Positions 1 to 64,000 of a stretch of DNA of 64,000 nt are shown piece by piece; position 1 is the first letter of the stretch; every line of letters begins with the position of its first letter. Source of the stretch: Ylistrum balloti (Eukaryota); contig NW_026781956.1 in assembly GCF_031769215.1 (NCBI RefSeq), positions 1,240,001 to 1,304,000 on the forward strand, read 5' to 3'. The notes below the pieces were generated by a model that saw only the letters and a program-made list of their open reading frames with translations, did not search any database and had not been told where the DNA came from. The position numbers and the translations under genes are program-made.

Positions 1-310
1 TATACCTGTGAAAACTAAAATCCTCATTAACAAGGAAGGCTCCGGGTACACCGCTTAAAAATGAAGTTATAAATATGATATATTGAAAATTACTACTAAT
101 AAGAAATATTTCTGAAAGTAATTTGGCTTTGAACATTTAGACTAGATATATATATAAATTCACTCTCAGATTTCTTCAACTACATATAAGCTGAACAATT
201 TTAGATAGTTCTTGATCAACTCACAGGACAATATCTGTTATGTTTAGAGGATGAAGGCTAGGAATTTTGTAATTATAAATTGAAATATTTTTGATTTCCT
301 TTCCTAACAG

Positions 311-478
311 AAATATTCTGGCAACTTTGAGAATGAACACATTGGCATGATAGAGCTGCCTTACATGACGGAAGATCGACTCGAGAGGATCGGTGTACCT
401 ATGGGGCCTCGCCTTCGCATCCTTCAGGAGGCACAGATGTGCTTCCGACAAGAGAACTTCAACATCTACATCGTATGA
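311..478 (+). CDS. Terminal coding exon of a SAM (sterile alpha motif) domain protein; rest of gene lies left of the window
   Basis: Acceptor ttcctaacag|311 then KYSGNFENEHIGMIELPYMTEDRLERIGVPMGPRLRILQEAQMCFRQENFNIYIV* (TGA 476-478). Fits the SAM pattern KY..F..E.I....L..(L/M)T...L..IG(I/V)P.GPR..IL. At 55 aa it is below the ORF-track cutoff. I cannot name the orthologue. Confidence 0.8.
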   Translation, partial: KYSGNFENEHIGMIELPYMTEDRLERIGVPMGPRLRILQEAQMCFRQENFNIYIV

Positions 479-575
479 CAGTGGCTGTCATTACAATTCA
501 CTTTAGTATCCGTGGAGATTAGGGTCAGTGTCTTCCTTGGTCAAATTTTGAAAACCCCAAATGCAGATCATGACC

Positions 576-581
576 AATAAA
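576..581 (+). terminator. Candidate polyadenylation signal of the SAM-domain gene
   Basis: AATAAA about 100 nt after the TGA; position only, no transcript evidence. Confidence 0.3.
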
Positions 582-1084
582 AATAACTGTCAGCCATTGA
601 AGATGTACACAATAGTATGCTATAGAATTGGTTACTGTGTCTAGTATGATGTGCTGACACTGAACATGTTATAGGATGTTGTTTGAACATCTGACAGTAT
701 ACAGACACACTGCATTGCCAAGTCAATCAAAAGGTTAATACTTCACGATTGTAATTACGTAAGACAATTCGAAAAGTGTTTTTGCCTGACCTACGGGACT
801 GTGTTTCTACCAGAACTTTAGAACGGTTTTTCTACCAGATCTTTGGAACTTTGTTACTGCCAGACCTTTGGAGTGGACTAAACATTGCGATAGAAGACCT
901 TGGATATACCAAACTTCAAAAACATCCAGGTTTATATTGACTGTCATGGAACATTTTGTATATTCGTTACAATGCCAGTAGGTGGCTATCCTTAATTGTA
1001 CAGCTGCCATTGACACATAGTATTTCCTTAGAATTTTCTAGGTCATGAGCAGTTCACCAGGAACTGTCAAGACAGCATTCTGGG

Positions 1085-2320
1085 GCTACAACTGCAATAG
1101 ACAATTATATCCGTGAGAACTGACCAAACAGAGGGTAGTCTGAAAACAACTGCTATAGACAGTTACAAGCCTGGGAACTGACCAGACAGAGGGTAGTCCA
1201 AATCCAACTGCTATAGACAGTTACAAGCCTGGGAACTGACCAGACAGAGGGTAGCCCCGATACAACTGCCATAGACAGTTATAACCCTAGGAACTGACCA
1301 GAGGGTAGCCCTGATACAACTGCCATAGACAGTTATAACCCTGGGAACTGACCAGACAAAGGGTAGCCCCGATACAACTGCTATAGACAGTTATAACCCT
1401 AGGAACTGACCAGAGGGTAGCCCCGATACAACTGCCATAGACAGTTATAACCCTAGGAACTGACCAGACAGAGGGTAGCCCTGATACAACTGCTATAGAC
1501 AGTTATAACCCTGGGAACTGACCAGACAGAGGGTAGCCCTGATACAACTGCTATAGACAGTTATAACCCTGGGAACTGACCAGAGGGTAGCCCCGATACA
1601 ACTGCTATAGACAGTTACAAGCCTGGGAACTGACCAGACAGAGGGTAGCCCTGATACAACTGTCATAAACAGTTATAGCCCTAGGAACTGACCAGACAGA
1701 GGGTAGCCCTGATACAACTGTCATAGACAGTTATAACCCTAGGAACTGACCAGACAGAGGGTAGCCCTGATACAACTGCCATAGTTATAACCCTAGGAAC
1801 TGACCAGACAGAGGGTAGCCCTGATACAACTGTCATAAACAGTTATAGCCCTGGGAACTGACCAGAGGGTAGTCCTGATACAACTGTCATAAACAGTTAT
1901 AACCCTGGGAACTGACCAGACAGAGGGTAGCCCTGATACAACTGCCATAGACAGTTATAACCCTGGGAACTGACCAGACAGAGGATAGCCCTGATACAAC
2001 TGTCATAGACAGTTATAACCCTGGGAACTGACCAGACAGAGGGTAGCCCTGATACAACTGTCATAGACAGTTATAACCCTGGGAACTGACCAGACAGAGG
2101 GTAGCCCTGATACAACTGTCATAGACAGTTATAACCCTGGGAACTGACCAGACAGAGGGTAGCCCCGATACAACTGCTATAGACAGTTATAACCCTGGGA
2201 ACTGACCAGACAGAGGGTAGCCCCGATACAACTGTCATAGACAGTTATAACCCTGGGAACTGACCAGAGGGTAGCCCTGATACAACTGCTATAGACAGTT
2301 ATAACCATAAGAACTGACCA
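1085..2320. repeat. Minisatellite, 58-bp unit with 54-bp variants, about 21 copies
   Basis: Unit actgctatagacagttataaccctgggaactgaccagacagagggtagccctgataca; variants lack 'acag'; degenerate copies at the left edge. Confidence 0.95.
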
Positions 2321-4422
2321 GTATATCTAATGCTCATGTCATTGCTTTGATGCCGTCCACATTTACAGAGCTTCATTGTTATCTATCTCCCAACATATAA
2401 CAAGTATAAAGGCAGCATGTTGTATAGCACAACAGTTCAAATATTCACCCGTTTCCTATCCAACCACTTAAGTGTCCCCTGCCCAGTCAGGTATGGGTGG
2501 AATGCCCAGCTAGGTATGAGCCCCCTGTTTAGCCAAGTTCAATGTACTGGTAGGATTAATAGTTATTCCTGATAGTTGTCGTTTTGTCTTGTACCAGATA
2601 TCACACTGACAACGATGCTGAATTTTTGAAGATTCAGCAGAAAACAAGCTGTCCAGAATTGGGAAATAATTCTCATGGAATAAATATTGTACCACTGTAT
2701 TTTATTTTTTTAAAACGACTCAGAAATCCATTTATCTACATTTATAACATCATTGATGTACTGATACGTTGCTGCTCCGTCCTCAAGTCAAAAGTGAAAA
2801 CCTGGTGCATTTGCAGAACTGAAATATTCTGGAAGATTTTCAGAATGTTTTTCTTGTCAAAAACATTAAAATTAAGTACTAAGAAAATATCTTCAGTAAA
2901 ATATTTAGAGTTAATAATGTGTTCAACAATTGCCACTGTGTGTTAAAACTCTTCTTGTTTTGTGGTACTGTTTGTTACTGGAGGGTGTGCCATATGAGAT
3001 GTCCCAATGCTTTACCGTCTTCATTTAGATTTTTACTTTAACGTTTTACATTATTTATTGAACAGATTACCTATTTATCTTGGGTATTAATTATATACAC
3101 AGTTGAACTAACCATTTTATACACAGCTATTATGATCAAATATTGTGCCTTTCCTATTAAAATATGTGTATTTTTAAAAATGCCGTTTTGTTGTTTATGA
3201 TGGAGAATAACATACCTGGAGTACTCATAAAATAGCATTCAATAAGGTCATACTGGGATAGTGTCATATTGAAAAAAATACAGCTACTTCAACTTCTCTC
3301 TCTTAAGCTCAGAGTAAGCTGGTTTTGACTTTTGTTTGACAATTTCCTTTAACACTATAATGTTGTGTAGGTACTGAAAAGACGTGAAAAGAAAAGTGCC
3401 CGATTCATTTGAAGCCTTTCCAAAAACAATGGCCTCCATTACATTTTTGTTAGAATGTCATCACCATGGATCTTCTATATTTTGTGTTAACTTCTGATTT
3501 TAACTTCATATTGTCCTTTGACCTTTTACCTTGAAAAGTCCCTAGCTGGACATTCTACCGCTAGACTAAAGGGAAATTTCCACCAGCCGAGGCTAGTAAG
3601 GTGACCTGTATTCTCAACATCTACACCAATCCTTCACTATAAGATCTGAGCCTGTAAAGGCACCTTAATTTTCTAATGAAGCTACGGCATCTATCTTATT
3701 CCTTCAGTTACAAATCTAAACCTGATAACTATTGATCAAAGGAACTTATTTGTAGTGTTAATATACTCACCTGCTTCCATCAATTTCAAAATTTATTATG
3801 CAAAGTATTTGAAAAGAATACTTTCCCTATTTAAAATATAGAATAAAGGTATTTTACTAACTGGCTTACCATCTCATAATGATGCCATATGGTGTTCTGA
3901 TAAATAATATTCCAACGAGTGATCCACAAAAATGTGGTCAATCACATGGGATCATATAAGGAATCATTTATAGTAAGTATGTATGCGAAGTTTAAATAAA
4001 AACAGAAAGGACATATATGAAATTCAGAAGAAAAATTTTTTATTTATTAATACAACATTGAGTGAAATCCACAGTGGTAGTCTGAGGGAAGTCATATCAA
4101 AACCTACTCCACAAACATCAAAGATTTTGTTACTCCAGTTCCTTAAGAAAAGTTCAAAAATTTGAATTTTTTTTCTAAATAGGTCACAATCAAATTATAA
4201 ACCATCACCTAACATACCTAAGATTCATATACAGAAAAGCACAAAACCATGTTAAACACTAGTAATCAATAGCAAAGGACCAGGGATAGGTGTTCGAGAC
4301 TAACCAAATGTTATTTGATCCTATGATACAACAGTACAGGACTACAAAGGATATCTGGTACACAGTAAGCACTAAAAGAATTTGACCATCAGGGACAAGC
4401 ATACCAATACAGAACATCAAAG

Positions 4423-4428
4423 TTTATT
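4423..4428 (-). terminator. Candidate polyadenylation signal of dynein heavy chain
   Basis: AATAAA on the minus strand about 550 nt after the stop, followed by GU-rich sequence (tgatgttctgtattggtatg). Confidence 0.4.
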
Positions 4429-4975
4429 TTAAAAATAATTAACAGTTTTATTTCCTATTGATTTTAGCTTTTACAACTCTAATGGAATTAAAGTGACAGA
4501 GATAAAGAAAAGCAGGGATACTAACAAACTGTTGTGGTGAGCTGAACTTACTGAAGGTTGATATCTATACTATGGTATTCGGAGGTCACCACCTGGAAAC
4601 ATGTTTCACTTGTGTCATCATCGTCGACATAGGAGCCTGTATTCTGTAGCAGGATGCAGGATTATCTTGTATACTTCTTTCAACTACTTAAAATCTATAT
4701 ATCGCCACACAAACATATAATTCATGTATTGTAATATTTAAGCTATCGCCTTACAGCAAATGTTAAGATTAAGCTTTCATCATACAACATATTATCTGTG
4801 AAAAACCTTAGTTATCAACAGTGAAAACAAATAATCAAGCTTCTATATGACTATTTTCCAAAGCTTCATTTACTAAATCTAAACAGCAGGACTTGAACTG
4901 TCCTTATAAGAGAACACTTGTAGTAAAGTCTATATCTATGACCCATTCAGGGTTTGACACTGTCGTCCATCGTCT

Positions 4976-57848
<52,873 letters not shown>

Positions 57849-57849
57849 T

Positions 57850-58150
57850 TTATGGCGAAATGGCCAACTCCTGCCCTCAAGGCGAACTCTGTCGTTCTCC
57901 GCAAAGAAATGTTTTGAGTTCAGATCACTGAAAAATTATATGAGTCGAAATCCAATATCCGGGTACTTCATACTCTGACTCACGAACACGCTTCAGTTTA
58001 AAGGGAAGGGAAATAACTCGTGGAACTGTAACAATGAGAAGAATAACTTTTCCCCATTCTTAGCTCCGTTCGTTTATTAGAAACTACCACGCTGTCCAAT
58101 CAAAAACAATCATTTTATTGCCATTTCTCATGGATTTTCTCTAACGAATT
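57850..58150 (-). promoter_or_regulatory. Dynein heavy chain 5' UTR and proximal promoter region
   Basis: Immediately upstream of the ATG; visibly CpG-richer than the gene body; CCAAT at 58096-58100, TGACTCA at 57976-57982. TSS not determinable. Confidence 0.45.
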
Positions 58151-59439
58151 AGCGGAAACAAAAAAAATGTGCATTGTACATGCTACATTTTATACTTCAA
58201 TGCTTGAATGTACTAATCCAGCTCTCAGGACATGATATGTTACCGTTATATTGAGAGCATAGTCCTTAACCATTTTGTGTGTCGATAATAATAGGTGGTC
58301 CCAAAGATTGCCCTTTACATTAATGCAAATCAGTAATGGAACTGGTAACACAGGCCGGATTTGAATAACGTTTCCATGTTTAAAATGATCACCAGCAACC
58401 TTGAGACGTCTGAAGTTTAAAAGTTCACTACCAGAGATCCCAGAGTGATCTTGACATCTATTATTTTATCTTTATTTGTTCTTTAAAAAAATTGGACCTT
58501 TGCACTTCTTTCCTGTGACTTCGCTCCAAAACATATGAAAGTTGTTTCTGCTCAGAAAAGCACAAATAAGGACCAAATGGAAGCTGCATTGATCCATCCA
58601 GATCTCAAGAAAGAGCGTTTACAAATTGTAAATGGTTGGCTATTAATTGGGAGTATTTTGTTCAATCTTCAGATTGCAGGTGATAGAGACTGACGGTGAA
58701 CTTTCAGTCCTCAAGGTTTGCAGTAACCTGTATGCCTCATTTGAAATCTATAAGTGTATACACAAGTACATTCTTTTAAAATCCTTCACTACTGATTTTC
58801 ACCCTCTTTTTTCAATTTTTGGTTACGTGCACCTTCCCATCTAGTCTCTGATATTTATTTCAACCAGTTTAGATTTTCCTCAATTGCCTCCAGGATGTTG
58901 GCAATTTGGGCCCTTAGCATCACTGTCACATGACAAATTTTTCACGATCAAAATCAAACATGGCCGCACATCCTCCTCCTTTTTTCCTGAGCATCAACAA
59001 AATCACAAGGGTCTAATTGGGACCAAGGGAAACCTAAAGAACATGAAAATTGAGAAAGAACTATTCTAAACATTTCAAGAAATAGTGATGAAAATTGTTT
59101 TTGGAAGGATGGACAATGGCTAGAACGATTTAAATAGATCAAAATCTTACGGTGGGCTCAAAACTATTGGAAAGGTCTTCTTGAAACTTGCTGCACATTA
59201 TCAAAATGTATACACAGTACCTTTTGATATAGCATACATATTCAAGTCAGGCACCAGTGATAAAGTTAGAAAGTTATTTGTTGGCAATTACTAAAGGAAT
59301 CTTCAGAAAACTTTGAGACATATTCAATGTGGAATAAATGCATTCCGTATCATAAATGTGGATGATACCCATCATCAGTTATTTACAGCTGACATTTGTC
59401 AACACTTTACAAAATTTCTTGCTCAAAATAGGCTGTGTA

Positions 59440-59556
59440 TGATAAAAAAGGGGTCAGCCAGGTGATCCCACACATATTCACATCTGATCTGGAAATCGGA
59501 TCACAGGTTCATGGGTAAAAGGGGAATGCATTACCACTGTGCCATCTGACCATCCC
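59440..59556 (-). mobile_element. Degenerate tRNA-derived SINE-like head
   Basis: Minus strand TGGCACAGTGG (A-box-like, 59534-59544) then tgatccgatttcc (degenerate B box); no cloverleaf, so not a tRNA. Confidence 0.35.
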
Positions 59557-60230
59557 AACTTATTTTCAAGTATACATTTACCTCTGCTGTAACCTAATTT
59601 TCACTTCTCTTTCTAGTACTTGGTACAAAACCAAGAACTTGTACTACATGTATAAACTACCTTTTAATGGCAATGTATGGTATGTTATTACTTTTGTCAC
59701 TGGGGCCAACTCTTCATTGGTGTAGTAAAAAAAAACACAACAAAAGTATTGTAATTAAAATCAAGCTGTATTTCTGCAGTGAATATAATTATACTGGGAC
59801 TGTGTTTACACAGACATGGCAAATATACATACAATCTTTATCTGGAACATTTTGTGTTAATTTTTCATAACGTGAAGTAACATTTTCAAATGTTTCATTA
59901 TGTAACAAACAAGATTACTGTTTAACTGGGATATTTTCAATATGGACAAGGTTATATTACTGGTGTCCAATTTTTATGTTGTGCCAAACTTTTCTTCTCT
60001 TCAACACATATCCGACATTTTCATTCCAGATCAATCAATCTACATTTTCCATGTATGACATTTAAATAGAATAAAGAGTAACCTCCACAATATAACCCTA
60101 CCAAAATATCCCAATTTACAGTGCTGTTATTTAATGTTATTACTCCAAACATTGGACCACTGTCGATGCTTGATAAGCTGCTTTATTTTAAACATCCATA
60201 AAAGTGACTAATTATATACAGGCTAAAAGT

Positions 60231-60236
60231 TTTATT
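60231..60236 (-). terminator. Candidate polyadenylation signal of the sterol reductase gene
   Basis: AATAAA on the minus strand about 1.25 kb after the stop; other AATAAA hexamers exist, so uncertain. Confidence 0.25.
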
Positions 60237-61486
60237 ACAACATTGGAATACAATAATATGTACAAACACCATTCTATATACAGTACACTTTATATTAAAA
60301 TGCTGAGACTATGTACATACTACACATTTACATCCAGCAAATCCTAATACACATGATTTCATCATGTCCAGCAAATAAATTACCCTGGACACTATGTTCC
60401 CTTTCACTAGACTATATTCAATGTTGAGATCTTTCACAGTACTGCAGAAATGGATTGTGATTTTCCTGAGAATGTTGTATTGCAGTTTGAGCTCCTTAAT
60501 CATGACATTTACAATCACTCAAATTAAAACTGAATATTTCAGATAAATCATCAACAATAGAAAGGGGAAGTTTTCCCAGAGACTCACAATATAAACAATT
60601 TTTTCTCCTATCCCCATATTTATAAGAGCCTTGATTAGATTTCACATTTTTTTTGAAGAAAATGTTTGGAGCATTATTTTGGTGTTAAATTCACATTTTT
60701 ATACAAAACATACACACATATTCACATACCTTCTCATCCTCCAAATTATAAAGTTTTTCAGAAATCTCTGATATTGATGTAAAGGATGACAAAAATTGAT
60801 TTCTTTTATCATGTATGGTTGATTTGCAAACTATTCAATGACAAAACCCATTCTGTACATCATTTTATTTCATTGCATAATTTATTTCAAAGTTTTTGAT
60901 AGCTACTGAAAGATGCTCTCTCGATATTGGTAGACAGAAATTTCATGTATGAAAAGAAAAAATTCAAGAAATATGCATCTTATGAAAAAAGTGTGTTCTA
61001 GTAATCTGGGAATGGCAGTTAGAAGCTTTTTTTTTCTTCTCAAAGGCACTATTTTTGATAAAAATAATAAAGGTAAAAATCAATAATATTTTAATATTCA
61101 GGTCAATGACCATTTTCTACTAAAAGGAAAATGGAAAATGATTTCCAGACGCTAGTATTAAAACACAAAGTAAATGTAACTTTACTCTAATAATATTTCT
61201 ACACACAAGGTTATTGCATTTTTTATGTCAATGGAAATCTCATCTGATGAATTACACTATAAAAACACTTTAAAAAATCATAAAATATTAAAAATTTTAA
61301 AATATTTCAGAAAAAAAGAAAATGAAAAGAATATCCTAGTCTTGAACAATGCAATAAACAAAACAAAATAAATCAATGGGAAATGATAACAGAAAAATTT
61401 GTACTACACATGAATACAAACAATAACTAAATACTGTGGAGTATTTTAGTACTGCCTACAGGTAGGTAATAAAACTACTGGTAAGA

Positions 61487-63331
61487 CTAATAAATGTATG
61501 GGAATATTCTGTATTTCACTCGTTCACAGTAACGGTCCCAGCTGGCCTTGTATTTCTTTTGGCACTGTTCTGAGTCTCTGTATTCCCGGTGGATCAGCAG
61601 GATGGTAAAGTACACAGGATAGAAGTAAACCACTGGTGTAGAAAACCCTAAAACAAAACCAAATGTTTTAACAAATGTGTGCTTTTTCCCCAAAAAAGGA
61701 AAGTTTGTAAGAGAATATGGCTTACAGTCTAACACTTTCAAATGTACTAACAGCTATTACATGTTGCGACACTAAGATGCCCAGTTTACTGTTTGATTTT
61801 TCATTAACAATGTTTTCACCATCAAGTTTTTTCCATCCAGACATGTTTTGAATGAAGTAATGTTTCCAGTTACAGCTAGTTGACAGCAAAAACAATTTGT
61901 TATACAAATTTCTAACCAGTTATTTATTTGGCTATAGCTTAAAAATACTAGTACAAGTAAAAAATATTCAACTATTTTTCTTTTCCTAAAGTTGACAAGC
62001 TGTTCTAAATCTTCAATAGGGAGAAAAATGATCAGACAGAGAAAATTGCAAGGTAGTTCAGATTGTTGAGGATCCAAAACAGAGGAAACAGGATGGTTCT
62101 AGATCATCAGGTAATAGCTTTAAAACAGTTCAGCAAATGATAGTAAATTAGAATTTATTCATTTACTTATTCATTTCTTTGCTTGATTCACCATTCCTTA
62201 AACAGCCCATTCAGATAATGACAAACAATATCCATACTGTTGGTTTGCCATTTTTAACATGAAATTCAAATATTGCATTTTACAGTAACTAATTTATCTA
62301 AAGAAATAGACAAGTTGTGATATCTACAACCATTACAAGGAACTAAATGACTTACCACATGAGAGGGACCAGGCAGTGGCCATTAGGATGTCTCCTAGGT
62401 AATTAGGCTTGCGACAGAGTCCCCACCATCCAGAAACCAGCAAGCATTTGCCAGACGAAGTTGGGATAGTCTCAAGATCTGAAAAAACACCAACATAGTC
62501 TCAGACTGAATATAAATACATGTAGTTATCTATGTTGACCATCCAATTACATTGTGATATCCATTATAGCGTAGAACTAATGGTTTTTCGATCTGAAGCA
62601 GAAATGTTTTCGATTTCCACTTATTTCTAAAAAAAACTGCATTTAACATTCTCAATAAAGGTGTGTTGAAGATTCAGGAGAAACATATCGAGACTCTTGG
62701 CTTCTGAGCTACTGCGGACAGAGTATTTCAGGAATTCATAGGGAAAAACTCACGCGCTAGAGCTGGGTTGTAGGGATTCTTCCTGAATTCATTCTTCTGA
62801 GAATTACTTCCTCTGAATATGTAGTAGCCAATCACTGAAAAGAATGTGGCAACATTAATTTCAAAATATGTAAATAATTAATGATTAAAAACACAACTGA
62901 AGAAATTGAATTCATAACCTGTGTATATTTGAACGTAACATGAGGAAAAGCCTCTAGTTTCTCATTTTAAATATATTTCTTTTCTACGATGGATTTTCTG
63001 TAAATAGCAATAATCTATTGATAACTATATTAAATCTATATGCAGAACAATTTGAAAACTGAACTAAGATTGTGACCTTGTAGCTTTTATATCATGAATG
63101 GGTTCTGGTTAATATTGAACAATGGATAACATAACAGGTTTCTCTGTTGTAACAGTACTTACAATTGAGGATGCCAATAAAGACCAGACAGTACCATTCC
63201 ATCTTGACACTATAGAGTGACAGGAAGCGTGTCTGTAGACAGTAGAGGAAGGGCACCCAAACAAGGTCTCCAAACACAAGCATGAATCCAAAACCATCAT
63301 GAATGATGTCCATAGTAGTCAAAATGGCATT
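61487..63331 (-). CDS. LBR: Delta(14)-sterol reductase / lamin B receptor family (ERG4/ERG24 domain), last four exons; gene continues beyond the window
   Basis: Exons 63163-63331, 62754-62834, 62356-62478, 61487-61647, all GT-AG and phase-consistent: [24 protein letters not shown]...[17 protein letters not shown]...[18 protein letters not shown]...HREYRD...YRIFPYIY*. The C-terminal half cannot separate LBR from TM7SF2, so the symbol is tentative. Confidence 0.9.
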
Positions 63332-64000
63332 CTACAATGGTATCAACACCAGAATGTAGTGAAAAACCTCTGAACATGTTTTAAAGAAATTAAATCATTA
63401 AGCGCTTTTGTAAATTGTGGCATAATGTTATGTCCTGGACAATGAAACTACAGTGATTTATCTCTCATTAAGAGTTCGTTGGTATACATGTTTTACAACA
63501 TCCTGTTAGAGGCACATATCACAGATTGGTTTCCGGCTGTTTAACATATCTCTGCACTACCACGATGCAAAAGATGACCTATATACTGGAGTGGCGGTAA
63601 TGAAAGTCGAATGTTACATCCATGACATTAGATGAATATGTCAGCCAACCGTTGAAAACGTTGTTTGAAATGTCAGAATTTGTCCAGTATAACAAGTCGA
63701 TGAATATTTAATATATTTTACCGCAAAATGACAGTTGAAGATCAACAACCAATCAAATGTTGTGCTGTAACATGACCAATTTTAGCCGAGGTTTGCTTAT
63801 ATTGTTTGATGTGGTTTAATGTCCACTGTTATGTCATGATGAATTACTCTCAATGTGACCGACATGTTTGATTCTCAGCCTCATATAACACAAGAAAACC
63901 CAAAATATACAAGAAAGACCTTTTTACATGTAACAAATGGTGGATAAGAAGTATGTGGCATATTATGTCATTAGTGGTTCCTTTGACACCAACGCAATCT

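Noticed and set aside
2584-2946. 120-aa plus-strand ORF
   Set aside because: TTG start, AT-rich low-information composition, no motif.
3284-3412. Possible plus-strand exons LLQLLSLKLR|VLKRREKKSARFI* (3284-3313, 3371-3412)
   Set aside because: Poor first acceptor, 57-nt intron, no recognised homologue or upstream exons.
57926-57985. Possible 56-nt 5' UTR intron and 11-codon upstream ORF
   Set aside because: TSS unknown and the intron would be shorter than any in the gene.
59440-59556. tRNA gene
   Set aside because: Only an A-box-like motif and a degenerate B box; no cloverleaf, so treated as a SINE remnant.

Overview
Eukaryotic animal genomic DNA with AT-rich, CpG-poor, minisatellite-rich introns; the repeat style suggests a mollusc, probably a bivalve (inference). 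The window holds one complete gene, cytoplasmic dynein-1 heavy chain (DYNC1H1, minus strand, ATG 57848 to TAG 4976). I walked it junction by junction: 89 coding exons per transcript, all GT-AG and phase-consistent, 13,941 nt = 4,646 aa. Upstream on the same strand are the last four exons of a Delta14-sterol reductase (LBR/TM7SF2 family). Convergent at the left edge is the last exon of a SAM-domain gene that the ORF track misses. Main findings: (1) the exon encoding most of the microtubule-binding domain exists as two intact 196-nt paralogues (about 48% aa identical) with mutually-exclusive-exon architecture; (2) a candidate in-frame 18-nt microexon (DPEGLL) in the C-terminal domain, with a YCAY cluster downstream and UGCAUG upstream; (3) many intronic duplications copy the gene's own splice junctions, giving decoy donors, an in-frame tandem acceptor and pseudo-microexon arrays. 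All splicing inferences need RNA-seq. No prokaryotic features, CRISPR arrays or RNA genes were found.
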